DNA of 64,000 nt from Candidatus Latescibacterota bacterium. GTDB taxonomy: Bacteria; Krumholzibacteriota; Krumholzibacteriia; WVZY01. Positions within the stretch are counted from its first letter, which is position 1, and every line of letters starts with the position of its first letter. The stretch covers positions 192,001-256,000 of the forward strand of contig CAWBQK010000013.1 in assembly GCA_963791045.1 (NCBI GenBank), read 5' to 3'. This document shows, in pieces, positions 51,113 to 59,547 of the stretch. A program made the position numbers and the translations under genes. The notes under the pieces were generated by a model. That model ran no database searches. It was not told the origin of the DNA and worked only from the letters and a program-made list of their open reading frames with translations.

Positions 51113-51703
51113 ATGAATCTCATGAAAGACCTCGCTGGCGGCGTTCTTGTCATTCTTGCCGCCGGTCTGATTGGAATCGCGCAGAATGCGGCGAGAGACG
51201 ACTCAGTTCCCCTGATTCCAAAAAAAGCAAACGCCGCCACCATGGATTCCAGAGACAATGAACTCGTGTCCGAGATGACGGATGCGGGTGAGCAACCCGC
51301 GATGGATGCGACGGACATGGGCTCACCGGTGCCAACCGATTCGGAGATTGCCGGTGGCGAGGTGTCGATGAACCGGCTCGCCACTCTTCTTGAGTCAGGA
51401 CTCATCACCCTGATCGATGCGCGGAGCCACCAGGAATTCGACAACGGCCATATCGCCGGCGCGATCAGCTTCCCGTACGAAGAGCTGCTCGGGCACTACG
51501 ATGAACTCAGAGAATCCATTCCGATAAACACCGATGTCGTAATTTACTGCGAAAGCTTTACCTGCGATCAATCCGAGAATCTTGCCACCGAACTCAAGCT
51601 CATGGGATACGAGCGTGTGACCATCTACAAGGGCGGATGGCAGGAATGGGATGAGGCGGGACTTCCGACCGAGAAATCTGAACTCGAAAAAACCGAGCAT
51701 TAA
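51113..51703 (+). CDS. Membrane-anchored rhodanese-like protein
   Basis: N-terminal TM. IDARS..GHIAGA, YCESFTC, YKGGWQEW. Confidence 0.9.
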   Translation: MNLMKDLAGGVLVILAAGLIGIAQNAARDDSVPLIPKKANAATMDSRDNELVSEMTDAGEQPAMDATDMGSPVPTDSEIAGGEVSMNRLATLLESGLITLIDARSHQEFDNGHIAGAISFPYEELLGHYDELRESIPINTDVVIYCESFTCDQSENLATELKLMGYERVTIYKGGWQEWDEAGLPTEKSELEKTEH

Positions 51704-51705
51704 AC

Positions 51706-52215
51706 ATGACCACAGAATCCACAACCACGTCCCAGAGCTCGAATCCGCTGACCGTTCTGCTGACGAACAAGGTATTCATCCTTGTCCTCCGCGTCTTTCT
51801 TGGCATCGTCTTTGTCCTCGCCTCCGCCGATAAGGTTCTCGAACCCGACAAGTTTGCGGTTGCCGTTCGCGGGTATCAACTCTTACCGGTCGAACTGTCG
51901 AATCTATTCGCAATCGTCGTGGCATGGGGCGAGCTCATCGCCGCGATCATGCTTATCTTCGGCGTGTTCACGAGAAAAGCCGCCGGTGCGATTTTCCTGT
52001 TGCTGCTCATGTTCACCGGGGCGATCGTCATAGTGATGATTCGTGGGATCGTCATCGACTGTGGGTGTTTTGCCAACGAGGGTGGGAGCCAAACCGGCGT
52101 GCGCCTGGTCATTCGAAATGTATTTCTCATGGTCACGTCGCTGATGGTCATGCGGTTCGAAAGCGGGTACTTTGGCCTCTCAAAATTCTTTTCGAGGAAG
52201 AAACGCGCGAGTTGA
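51706..52215 (+). CDS. MauE/DoxX-family redox membrane protein
   Basis: LRVFLGIVF..K, E in TM2, IDCGCF. Confidence 0.9.
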   Translation: MTTESTTTSQSSNPLTVLLTNKVFILVLRVFLGIVFVLASADKVLEPDKFAVAVRGYQLLPVELSNLFAIVVAWGELIAAIMLIFGVFTRKAAGAIFLLLLMFTGAIVIVMIRGIVIDCGCFANEGGSQTGVRLVIRNVFLMVTSLMVMRFESGYFGLSKFFSRKKRAS

Positions 52216-52221
52216 GTACTG

Positions 52222-53712
52222 TCAATTGGCGGGACGACCGAGCATCGACCTGATGTCCGAAAAGCTTATGAATCGGAACGCGAAGCTCAATACAAAATAG
52301 ACCGTAAGGAAAGCCGCACCCGACACACAGAGATCAACAAAGCTCTCCGCGGGTCTTATCCGATACGCGAAATACAATCCACAACCCACCGCACCGCCAA
52401 CCAGGAATCTCAGAAACATCCTACCCCAGGGCATAACGTTCCCAAGCGAACAGCCGAGCAGTTTGGCTGATTTCCAGAGAAAAATAGTGTTCTGCAGATA
52501 TACAATGGTAACGGTTGTCGCCGGAACACCCAGCCAGCCAAACTTCTTAAACATGAGAATGCTGAAAAGAACGTGTGCGCCCAAAGCAACGAGATTCACT
52601 TTGAACATAAACGTGTTTCTTTTGAACACCATGAGAACAGTCGTCGTATCAACCGTCGAACGCAAAAAGACAAAAAGGTAGATCATGAAAATCGGTGTCG
52701 CGGCGGCGTATTTCTCGGTAAACAGGACCGTAATAAAAGGACGGGCGGAAACTTCGAGAAAGACGAAAAGCGGCACAAAGAGGACCACCATCTTTAGAGT
52801 TGCACGGCGCCACAAGTCGAGTATTTCACCGAATTCCCCGTTCTTTTGATGCTCCGCCATAAGAGGGAAAACGACGTTCATCACCGAGTTGCGGATGATG
52901 TCCACAAAGGGGAGCTGCGTCACACCAACGGAATACACGGCAAACATTTCCCTGCCGAGGAAGTGGGTGATCACGTACTTATCGGTCTGGCCGAAGACAA
53001 GAAGTACGACCGTCGCAAGCCCGAGCGGCACGGCGTACGATATTTGTTCCTTGAACGACTTGAGCGAACACCCGCGAAGCGAGATCTTGTACGCCGACGA
53101 GCAATACACGAGCGTAAAAAGCGCCTTGGCAAACGCGAAAATCACGAGACCCCAGATAATGAGGTCCACTCTGTGTGTGTACCACGACACACCGATGACC
53201 GTGGCTGCCTGGGCAAAAAATGACAGAGCGAGATAGAGAGATTGTTTCTCAACCTTTTTCTCGGCGACAAACAGCCGCTCCATCACCTTGGATATCATCA
53301 TAAACAGCGTGAACAAGCAAAAAGCCCACATGTATTCCCGCACCGCATCCCCCAGGTCCCCCCGTAGAAAGACGGCCATCGCACCGTAAACAAGCCATGA
53401 AATTCCACCAGTGACGAGGAGGTAAACAAGCGTCTGCGTCAGATACACCGACTTATCGGTCTTGATTTGAGTCCGCGGGAAGTAGTAAAGAAGGCTGGCC
53501 GGAAACCCCAGGATGAGAATAACCGAGACGGTATCGAACAATAGCCAGAATTGACGATATAAACCGTAATCGCTCTGGCTCAGATATCTGGTGTTTATGA
53601 TGGGTACGAAGAAAAGCGCCGCGAATGAAACGAGGCGTCCAAGCGTGAGGATACTGACTTGATAGCTTAAGGTTCGTGCCAAGTCGTTTTCCTGCCGTTT
53701 TTGCAACGACAA
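52222..53712 (-). CDS. Oligosaccharide flippase (Wzx/MOP family)
   Basis: About 12-14 TM helices. TRYLSQSDYGLY, DKYVITHFLG..FAVYSVG. Confidence 0.88.
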   Translation of the reverse strand: MSLQKRQENDLARTLSYQVSILTLGRLVSFAALFFVPIINTRYLSQSDYGLYRQFWLLFDTVSVILILGFPASLLYYFPRTQIKTDKSVYLTQTLVYLLVTGGISWLVYGAMAVFLRGDLGDAVREYMWAFCLFTLFMMISKVMERLFVAEKKVEKQSLYLALSFFAQAATVIGVSWYTHRVDLIIWGLVIFAFAKALFTLVYCSSAYKISLRGCSLKSFKEQISYAVPLGLATVVLLVFGQTDKYVITHFLGREMFAVYSVGVTQLPFVDIIRNSVMNVVFPLMAEHQKNGEFGEILDLWRRATLKMVVLFVPLFVFLEVSARPFITVLFTEKYAAATPIFMIYLFVFLRSTVDTTTVLMVFKRNTFMFKVNLVALGAHVLFSILMFKKFGWLGVPATTVTIVYLQNTIFLWKSAKLLGCSLGNVMPWGRMFLRFLVGGAVGCGLYFAYRIRPAESFVDLCVSGAAFLTVYFVLSFAFRFISFSDIRSMLGRPAN

Positions 53713-53884
53713 GACCGGCGTTCGCGCACCAGTCGGGCTGTTTTGGGTAGCGCCGGTTCTTACGGACGTTCCGAAAACCCGGCCCGTGGACGATATCCCA
53801 TCGCCGACGGTTTTGCAAACACAAAAGGGTCCGCGGCGTGTGCCGCGGACCCATGCCGTTCAAACGATTTCAACCTATACCGTG

Positions 53885-54772
53885 CTAGGCGCTTCCAATC
53901 CGCTTGTCCCACTGGAGGATGGTCTTATACAGCTCCCGGTTTGTTCGCGCGGACGCGAACGCGTCGAGGAACTCCGGCGTCGAACACAGTCTCGCGATTC
54001 TCGCAAGGATCGAGATATGATCCTGCGGTCTGGACTCGTTGCCAATCAGATAGAAAACAGTCTTTATCTTCCCATTTCCCTCCGTTGAGAACGGGACCGA
54101 GCGTTTGAGAGACAGCGCACCGATTATCGGGCGCTCCACGTCGGCGACAAACGCGTGTGGAATTGCAACGCCGCCGCCAACGACCGTTGGAGCCTGTCTT
54201 TCGCGGTGTTCCAGGCGGTCGAGGACAATATCGGTGGTCAACGTCTTGTTCCGTTTGGTCACGAGTTTCGCGATCCGCTGGAACAACCGGCTTTTGTTCT
54301 GGACGATGAGGCCCGTCACGCAAAGCGCAGGGTCGAGAAACTCCGACAAGTCATCGATAACATCTTTTTTCGATTTTTTCTTCTTTTTTGCCGACGCTGG
54401 AAGCGTCGCGCGCCGGACAAATCCCTTTCCCGCCCGGTCTTTGAGAGCCTCTCTCAAATCCGAGAAATCTTCGGGCTCGAGATCACTTTTCATCGCCGTA
54501 ATCATAAATTCGGCGGCTTCGGGTGTTTCCCTCAGGAATTGAATCACGTCCGGGTGAATCTGCTTCGCCGTACCCAACAGATACCCCTCCGAGACGCCCA
54601 GCATCTCGGCGACCTGAACGATTCGAGCTTTGGGAATCTTGTGCTGCCTTCCAGCCTCAATTTGGCTCAGGAACGCGGGCGACACTCCCAATTGTCTCGC
54701 CATCTCCCTCAAACTGATACCCTTCGCCTGTCTGAGAAGTCGAATAGTCGGTCCAAAGGCGATACCTTGCAT
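53885..54772 (-). CDS. XRE-HTH fused to PTS EIIA (Ntr/Fru type) domain
   Basis: N-terminal LRQAKGISLREMARQLGVSPAFLSQIEAG. C-terminal RE..T..GGGVAIPH and HISILARIARL. Confidence 0.88.
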   Translation of the reverse strand: MQGIAFGPTIRLLRQAKGISLREMARQLGVSPAFLSQIEAGRQHKIPKARIVQVAEMLGVSEGYLLGTAKQIHPDVIQFLRETPEAAEFMITAMKSDLEPEDFSDLREALKDRAGKGFVRRATLPASAKKKKKSKKDVIDDLSEFLDPALCVTGLIVQNKSRLFQRIAKLVTKRNKTLTTDIVLDRLEHRERQAPTVVGGGVAIPHAFVADVERPIIGALSLKRSVPFSTEGNGKIKTVFYLIGNESRPQDHISILARIARLCSTPEFLDAFASARTNRELYKTILQWDKRIGSA

Positions 54773-54832
54773 TTGCCTCCCCTTTCTTGTTAATGTTAGA
54801 CAAACGTACAGTAAACGATTAATAATTTGGTG

Positions 54833-56116
54833 TCAAGGCAAATCTCCCCGGCGCACGGCTTCTTTAGAGGGATTAAAGTAACCAAATCGCAGATCGGGGA
54901 ATTTTTCCTTTAAGTCTTGGAAGAATTGCCGGAGACCAACTCCCTTCCCGCAATAATCCACGGGAATCGACTGGACGTAAAGCTCCGGATCAATATTCAG
55001 ATTGCGCATTTGTATCAAATCTACACCGCAATCCCCTAAAAATTCCGTTAAAACGCCGATTTCGCCCGGCGTATCCGAAACGCCGGGGAAATAGAGAAAA
55101 TTGAGCGACGTATGTATTTTTCTACGTCTGCAGAGCTTGAGTGTTTCGATTACATCGGCGAATGTGTAACCCCTCGGCCGGTAATACGCCGTGTACAAAT
55201 CCTCCCGCAGCGAGTTGAGACTCACCCGGATGCTGTCGAGACCCGAATCGATCAGTCTATCCACGACGGCGGGCCTGCTCGCATTCGTATTGAGATTTAT
55301 CGTTCCCTTATCCGTTTTCTCCCTGATCAGCCGGATCGCTCTCTCGAGCAAGTCACCATTTACGAGCGGTTCGCCTTCGCAGCCCTGCCCAAAACTGACC
55401 ACGGTGTCATCGACGTTGCCGATATGCCTCAACGCGACCTCTGCGATTTCCTCAGGCGATGGCGGGACTTTCAGCCTGTCGTGCGCCGCTTTGAAAGCTC
55501 CATCCTCCTGCAGTGAAATACATCCGATACATCGGGAATTGCACGCCACACTCGTGGGGAGGGGTGCTTCGTGTCGTTCCAAAAAGAAATTCTGCGCCGC
55601 CCGGCATCCATATACAAGCGCGCATTTCTTGAGCTGGAGAGCCACTCGGTTTTGCCCAAGATCGCCAAGAGCCGACTCGACGGCGACCTCAACCTCTTTC
55701 AGATCAAATCGCCAGGGATCCTGTCTCTCGTCGTCATCCACACGCATCCCCGCCGTCCAGAATCCGTCGTCGGCGAATCCGAGAGCCGAGTACGCAAATA
55801 ACGGAAGCGCCGGGGCGCCGGTTTCAGAGATGTATGCCGCACGGTGGCTTTGCGTATGCGCCGGCGCCATGAATGCCGCCGCCGCATAGACGGGCTTTCC
55901 TTCGAGAGTAGTGAAAACCGCCTGCTCGCCCGTATCCGGGTCAATGCCGATCGGCCGCCTGCCGGGAAGCATCATCATGTCGCTTCCCCGCGGCACCGAA
56001 ATGACGGCGTCCTCCGGCAACAGCTCCGGTTCCGGACCGTCAAACCCGGCGGCGAGAAGACGGGGGTGATCGTACAATCGCCCCTCTGCGTCACTGAATA
56101 CCATTCGTGGCTTCAT
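54833..56116 (-). CDS. Radical SAM protein of unknown function
   Basis: CNSRCIGC (CxxxCxxC), SFGQGCEGEPL, NTNAS. No C-terminal SPASM cysteines. Confidence 0.92.
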   Translation of the reverse strand: MKPRMVFSDAEGRLYDHPRLLAAGFDGPEPELLPEDAVISVPRGSDMMMLPGRRPIGIDPDTGEQAVFTTLEGKPVYAAAAFMAPAHTQSHRAAYISETGAPALPLFAYSALGFADDGFWTAGMRVDDDERQDPWRFDLKEVEVAVESALGDLGQNRVALQLKKCALVYGCRAAQNFFLERHEAPLPTSVACNSRCIGCISLQEDGAFKAAHDRLKVPPSPEEIAEVALRHIGNVDDTVVSFGQGCEGEPLVNGDLLERAIRLIREKTDKGTINLNTNASRPAVVDRLIDSGLDSIRVSLNSLREDLYTAYYRPRGYTFADVIETLKLCRRRKIHTSLNFLYFPGVSDTPGEIGVLTEFLGDCGVDLIQMRNLNIDPELYVQSIPVDYCGKGVGLRQFFQDLKEKFPDLRFGYFNPSKEAVRRGDLP

Positions 56117-56213
56117 AGTTCTGAAATGGTGCAGAACGGCGGCCGGTCCCCGCTCTCGGCGGAGGACCGGCAACCGCATGTCACCAATTGATTCGGAAGT
56201 GAAGGACGGGCGC

Positions 56214-57455
56214 CTACCAATCCTGCAGCGCTATATGGGCGAAAACCTTGGCATCCGCGATCGTCGATGAGAGTCTTGAGTGCTCGTTTGGCGTATGGGC
56301 CACCTCATCCTGAGTTGCCCATACCGCGCACGGGAATCCCTTGTCACGGACAAACTTCGCAACGGTGCCGCCGCCGATTCCCATCGGTTTTGGAGTCCGC
56401 TTGCGCAGGTCGGTCATCGCGGCAGCAATCGCCTTGGCCACGGGTGCATCGGGCCGCGTGGGTGGCGCCGCGGTTTGCTGTTGCGGGGACGTCACCTTGA
56501 TTTTGACGCCGTATTTCTTTTCGGTCGCTTTTGCTGCTTTCTTAGCCTCAGCCATCACGTCGGCGAGCTTATAGTTGGGAAGCACACGACAGTCATAGTA
56601 GAGCGTGTCATCGCCCGGGATCGTGTTGACGTTGGGGACATTCGCTTCTTTCTTCGTCGGTTCGAATGTCGACATCGGCGGATCAAAAAGTTTGTCGCGT
56701 TTCTTGAACTTTCTGTTGAGGACGTCGAGTCGCGTCACGAGATCGCATGCCGCACGGTGCGCATTGACGCCCTTGTCCGGTGTCGACCCGTGGGTTTGCT
56801 TGCCCTTCGTCTGGAATTTCAGCCACATGATGCTCTTTTCGGCGACTTCGATCATCGTTCCCTTGGGGTCACCCGCGTCTGGAATGACTATCAAGTCATC
56901 CTTCTTTATGAGGTTCTTATGGTGTTTAAGGAGGTATCCCACACCGTAATCATTTCCCGTCTCCTCGTCGGCGACGAGAATGAGTCCGTACGGAAGATGC
57001 GGTTTGATTCCGTTTTCGGTGAACGCCTTCGCGGTAAGGAGCGATGCCACCATCCCCTGCTGATTGTCTTCACATCCGCGGCCAATGATCTTGTCGCCCT
57101 TGACGACGACCTTCCAGGGGTCGGATTTCCACATGCTCAGATCGCCGGGGGGCACGACATCCATGTGGGTCATAACCCAGACTCGCGGCGAAGCGACTTC
57201 ACCCGGCATCAACGCCACGATGTTGGGGCGGTACCCACAGGGCACGCGCTTGTCGGGAGCATCGTACTGCTTGACGTCTTTGAATCCGATGGTCTTGAGA
57301 TACGCCTTCAAGAACGCGGCCTTCTTGACTTCGCCCTCGCCATCGCTTTCGGGCCCCAGCGCGGGAATTTTGCACAACTCCGTCTGAAGCCGAATCACTT
57401 CTTTTTTGTATCCGTCGATCGTTTTTGTCAGTTTCTTAAGAACCTTGCTATCCAT
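56214..57455 (-). CDS. M20 (ArgE/DapE-like) metallo-hydrolase
   Basis: HMDVVPPG, GRGCEDN, ADEETG, GIGGGT, AH. Confidence 0.92.
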   Translation of the reverse strand: MDSKVLKKLTKTIDGYKKEVIRLQTELCKIPALGPESDGEGEVKKAAFLKAYLKTIGFKDVKQYDAPDKRVPCGYRPNIVALMPGEVASPRVWVMTHMDVVPPGDLSMWKSDPWKVVVKGDKIIGRGCEDNQQGMVASLLTAKAFTENGIKPHLPYGLILVADEETGNDYGVGYLLKHHKNLIKKDDLIVIPDAGDPKGTMIEVAEKSIMWLKFQTKGKQTHGSTPDKGVNAHRAACDLVTRLDVLNRKFKKRDKLFDPPMSTFEPTKKEANVPNVNTIPGDDTLYYDCRVLPNYKLADVMAEAKKAAKATEKKYGVKIKVTSPQQQTAAPPTRPDAPVAKAIAAAMTDLRKRTPKPMGIGGGTVAKFVRDKGFPCAVWATQDEVAHTPNEHSRLSSTIADAKVFAHIALQDW

Positions 57456-57508
57456 GCCATTCTCCTTTTCTCGTTCAAGCCGGGTGTGTGCCCCGGCTCC
57501 ATCCGCGC

Positions 57509-57847
57509 TCAACCCCTCCAGTCGAGGATTCCCGCTTTCTTTGCCTGGTGCAAAAAAAGCCCCAGCCGTTCGTAAACAGGCTCAATCTTATCGCCCAGCT
57601 CGTCCTCGAGCGAGCCACCGATTTCATAAACGGAACGGCGGCCGTCGCACAGACGCCAGACCGCCGTTCCGATTTCGTCGAGGTGCAGAGAGATGGGCGT
57701 ATTCTTGACGAACCGCTTGAATATCCGGCTAAACCAATCGTTTCCGAAACGGGGAACGAGAACATCGACCGTCCCGTCATCCCTGTCGCGGAATTCGCAC
57801 TTCTGCTCCGGAATCATGTCGAGCAGGTTTACTTGCTGTTTAGCCAT
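57509..57847 (-). CDS. Stand-alone PqqD-family (RiPP recognition element-like) protein
   Basis: LHLDEIGTAVWRLCDGRRSVYEIG..L..FL..GIL. Confidence 0.85.
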   Translation of the reverse strand: MAKQQVNLLDMIPEQKCEFRDRDDGTVDVLVPRFGNDWFSRIFKRFVKNTPISLHLDEIGTAVWRLCDGRRSVYEIGGSLEDELGDKIEPVYERLGLFLHQAKKAGILDWRG

Positions 57848-57935
57848 ATCGGTACCGCCGCCGGGCACACCCTCGCGCTCCGACCTCATATAACATTCTC
57901 GATAGGTTCGCGGTTCACACCGCTTCGGCCCCGAA

Positions 57936-59393
57936 CTACTTGGCGTTCTCGAGAACGGCAAGGAGATACGGCCAGAACTTCACCATCGAATCGATGTGGA
58001 GTTTTTCATCCGGCGAATGGACGTCTTCCATCGTCGGCCCCATAGACACCATATCCATCCCCGGGAACTTCGCGCCGATAATACCGCACTCGAGACCCGC
58101 ATGTATGGCTTTAACGTCCGGGTTCTTGCCATAGAGTTTCTTGTACGACGCCTTCGCCGTCTTCAGAATATTCGAATCGAGATTCGGTTTCCAACCAGGA
58201 TAACCGCTGCCCATCTCGATGTCGGCGCCACCGAGTTCGAAGATCGACGCCACGGTCTGGCAGATCTCGATAATCTCGGAGTCCACGGAGCTCCGCTGAC
58301 TCGTTGCGAGCTTAATGACCTTTTTGGACGTCTTGATCACGGCCACGTTTGTCGAAGTCTCGACCAGGCCGGGAATGTCCGCGCTCATCTTTGTCACGCC
58401 GTGCGGGAGAGCGGAAATCGTCCGAATAATTTTCTTCTGGATCGATTTCTTGATGACCTTGCCCTTCTTTACCCGGGGCAGAGTCTCAAGCGTGATCGCG
58501 AGGTCCGGCTCCGCCGTAGCAAGCTCGGCCTTGATCGCTGAATTGAAATCGGCGACCGCCGCGACGGCCTCATCCAATTTCTTTTTCGGAATGAAGATTC
58601 TCGCGTCGGCTTCACGCGGAATCGCGTTGTGCTTGTCGCCCGCGTCGATCTTCGATACTTTCGCGCCGAGTTCGGTCAGGTACATGAGGACTCTGCCGAT
58701 AATCTTGATGGCGTTCCCCCGGCCGGAATGGATTTCCAGACCCGAGTGTCCACCCTTGAGACCCATCACTTTGAGGTCGGCTGCAATCGCGCCGGACGGA
58801 GCGGCGTCCGTTTCGACCTTCCACGTTCCGAGCGTATCCTGCCCGCCGGCACACCCCACGTAGACTGCGCCTTCCTCTTCGGAGTCGACATTCAAAAGGG
58901 TGCGGCTCTGGAGGAAATCGCTCTCGAGGCCGCTGGCTCCATTGAGCCCTGTTTCTTCATCCATGGTGAAGAGAAATTCGAGAGGGCCGTGTTTGAGCGA
59001 TTTGTCTTCCATGATGGCAAGACTCATCGCGATGGCGATCCCGTTGTCCGCGCCAAGCGTCGTTCCGTTCGCCTTGATGAAATTACCATCACGAACGAGT
59101 TCGATCGGGTCCTTGGCAAAATCATGAACCGTGTCCTTGTTCTTCTCGCAAACCATATCGAGGTGGCCCTGCAAACAGATCGATCCGACCTTTTCCTTGC
59201 CCTTCGACGCGGGTTTGCGAACAACGACGTTGCCCAGTTTGTCGGCGTCGGCCTCAAGACCAAGCTTCTTGGCGGTCATAAGAACATACTCGCCCATTTT
59301 TTCTTCATGTTTGGAGCAACGCGGGATCTTTGCGATCTCGGCGAAATACTCCCAAACGCGTTTTGGCTCGAGCCCTTTTATCGCGTTCGACAT
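57936..59393 (-). CDS. pepD: Aminoacyl-histidine dipeptidase
   Basis: IPRCSKHE, LQGHLDMVCEK, TTLGADNGI, DEETG, IHAGLECG, HSPDE. Confidence 0.96.
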   Translation of the reverse strand: MSNAIKGLEPKRVWEYFAEIAKIPRCSKHEEKMGEYVLMTAKKLGLEADADKLGNVVVRKPASKGKEKVGSICLQGHLDMVCEKNKDTVHDFAKDPIELVRDGNFIKANGTTLGADNGIAIAMSLAIMEDKSLKHGPLEFLFTMDEETGLNGASGLESDFLQSRTLLNVDSEEEGAVYVGCAGGQDTLGTWKVETDAAPSGAIAADLKVMGLKGGHSGLEIHSGRGNAIKIIGRVLMYLTELGAKVSKIDAGDKHNAIPREADARIFIPKKKLDEAVAAVADFNSAIKAELATAEPDLAITLETLPRVKKGKVIKKSIQKKIIRTISALPHGVTKMSADIPGLVETSTNVAVIKTSKKVIKLATSQRSSVDSEIIEICQTVASIFELGGADIEMGSGYPGWKPNLDSNILKTAKASYKKLYGKNPDVKAIHAGLECGIIGAKFPGMDMVSMGPTMEDVHSPDEKLHIDSMVKFWPYLLAVLENAK

Positions 59394-59454
59394 TTCGCTC
59401 TCCTTTCCAAAAAAACAAAACAACAATTTTAAAATTTCTGCCGTACGGGACAGA

Positions 59455-59483
59455 GTGGGGCTGCCGATTGACGGAAGCCCCAC
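59455..59483 (-). other. Intergenic hairpin between OPT and pepD (stabiliser or weak terminator)
   Basis: GTGGGGCT..CCG / CGG..AGCCCCAC stem with no strong T-tract. Confidence 0.5.
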
Positions 59484-59547
59484 CATGCTGTCCAATGATT
59501 CACGGGGTCCCGGCACAAACGCCGGTCAGACCCTTTTGACCATTTCC

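Noticed and set aside
54833-57847. Canonical PQQ or SPASM-type RiPP cluster
   Set aside because: No pqqA/B/C, no precursor peptide seen, and the radical SAM lacks SPASM cysteines.
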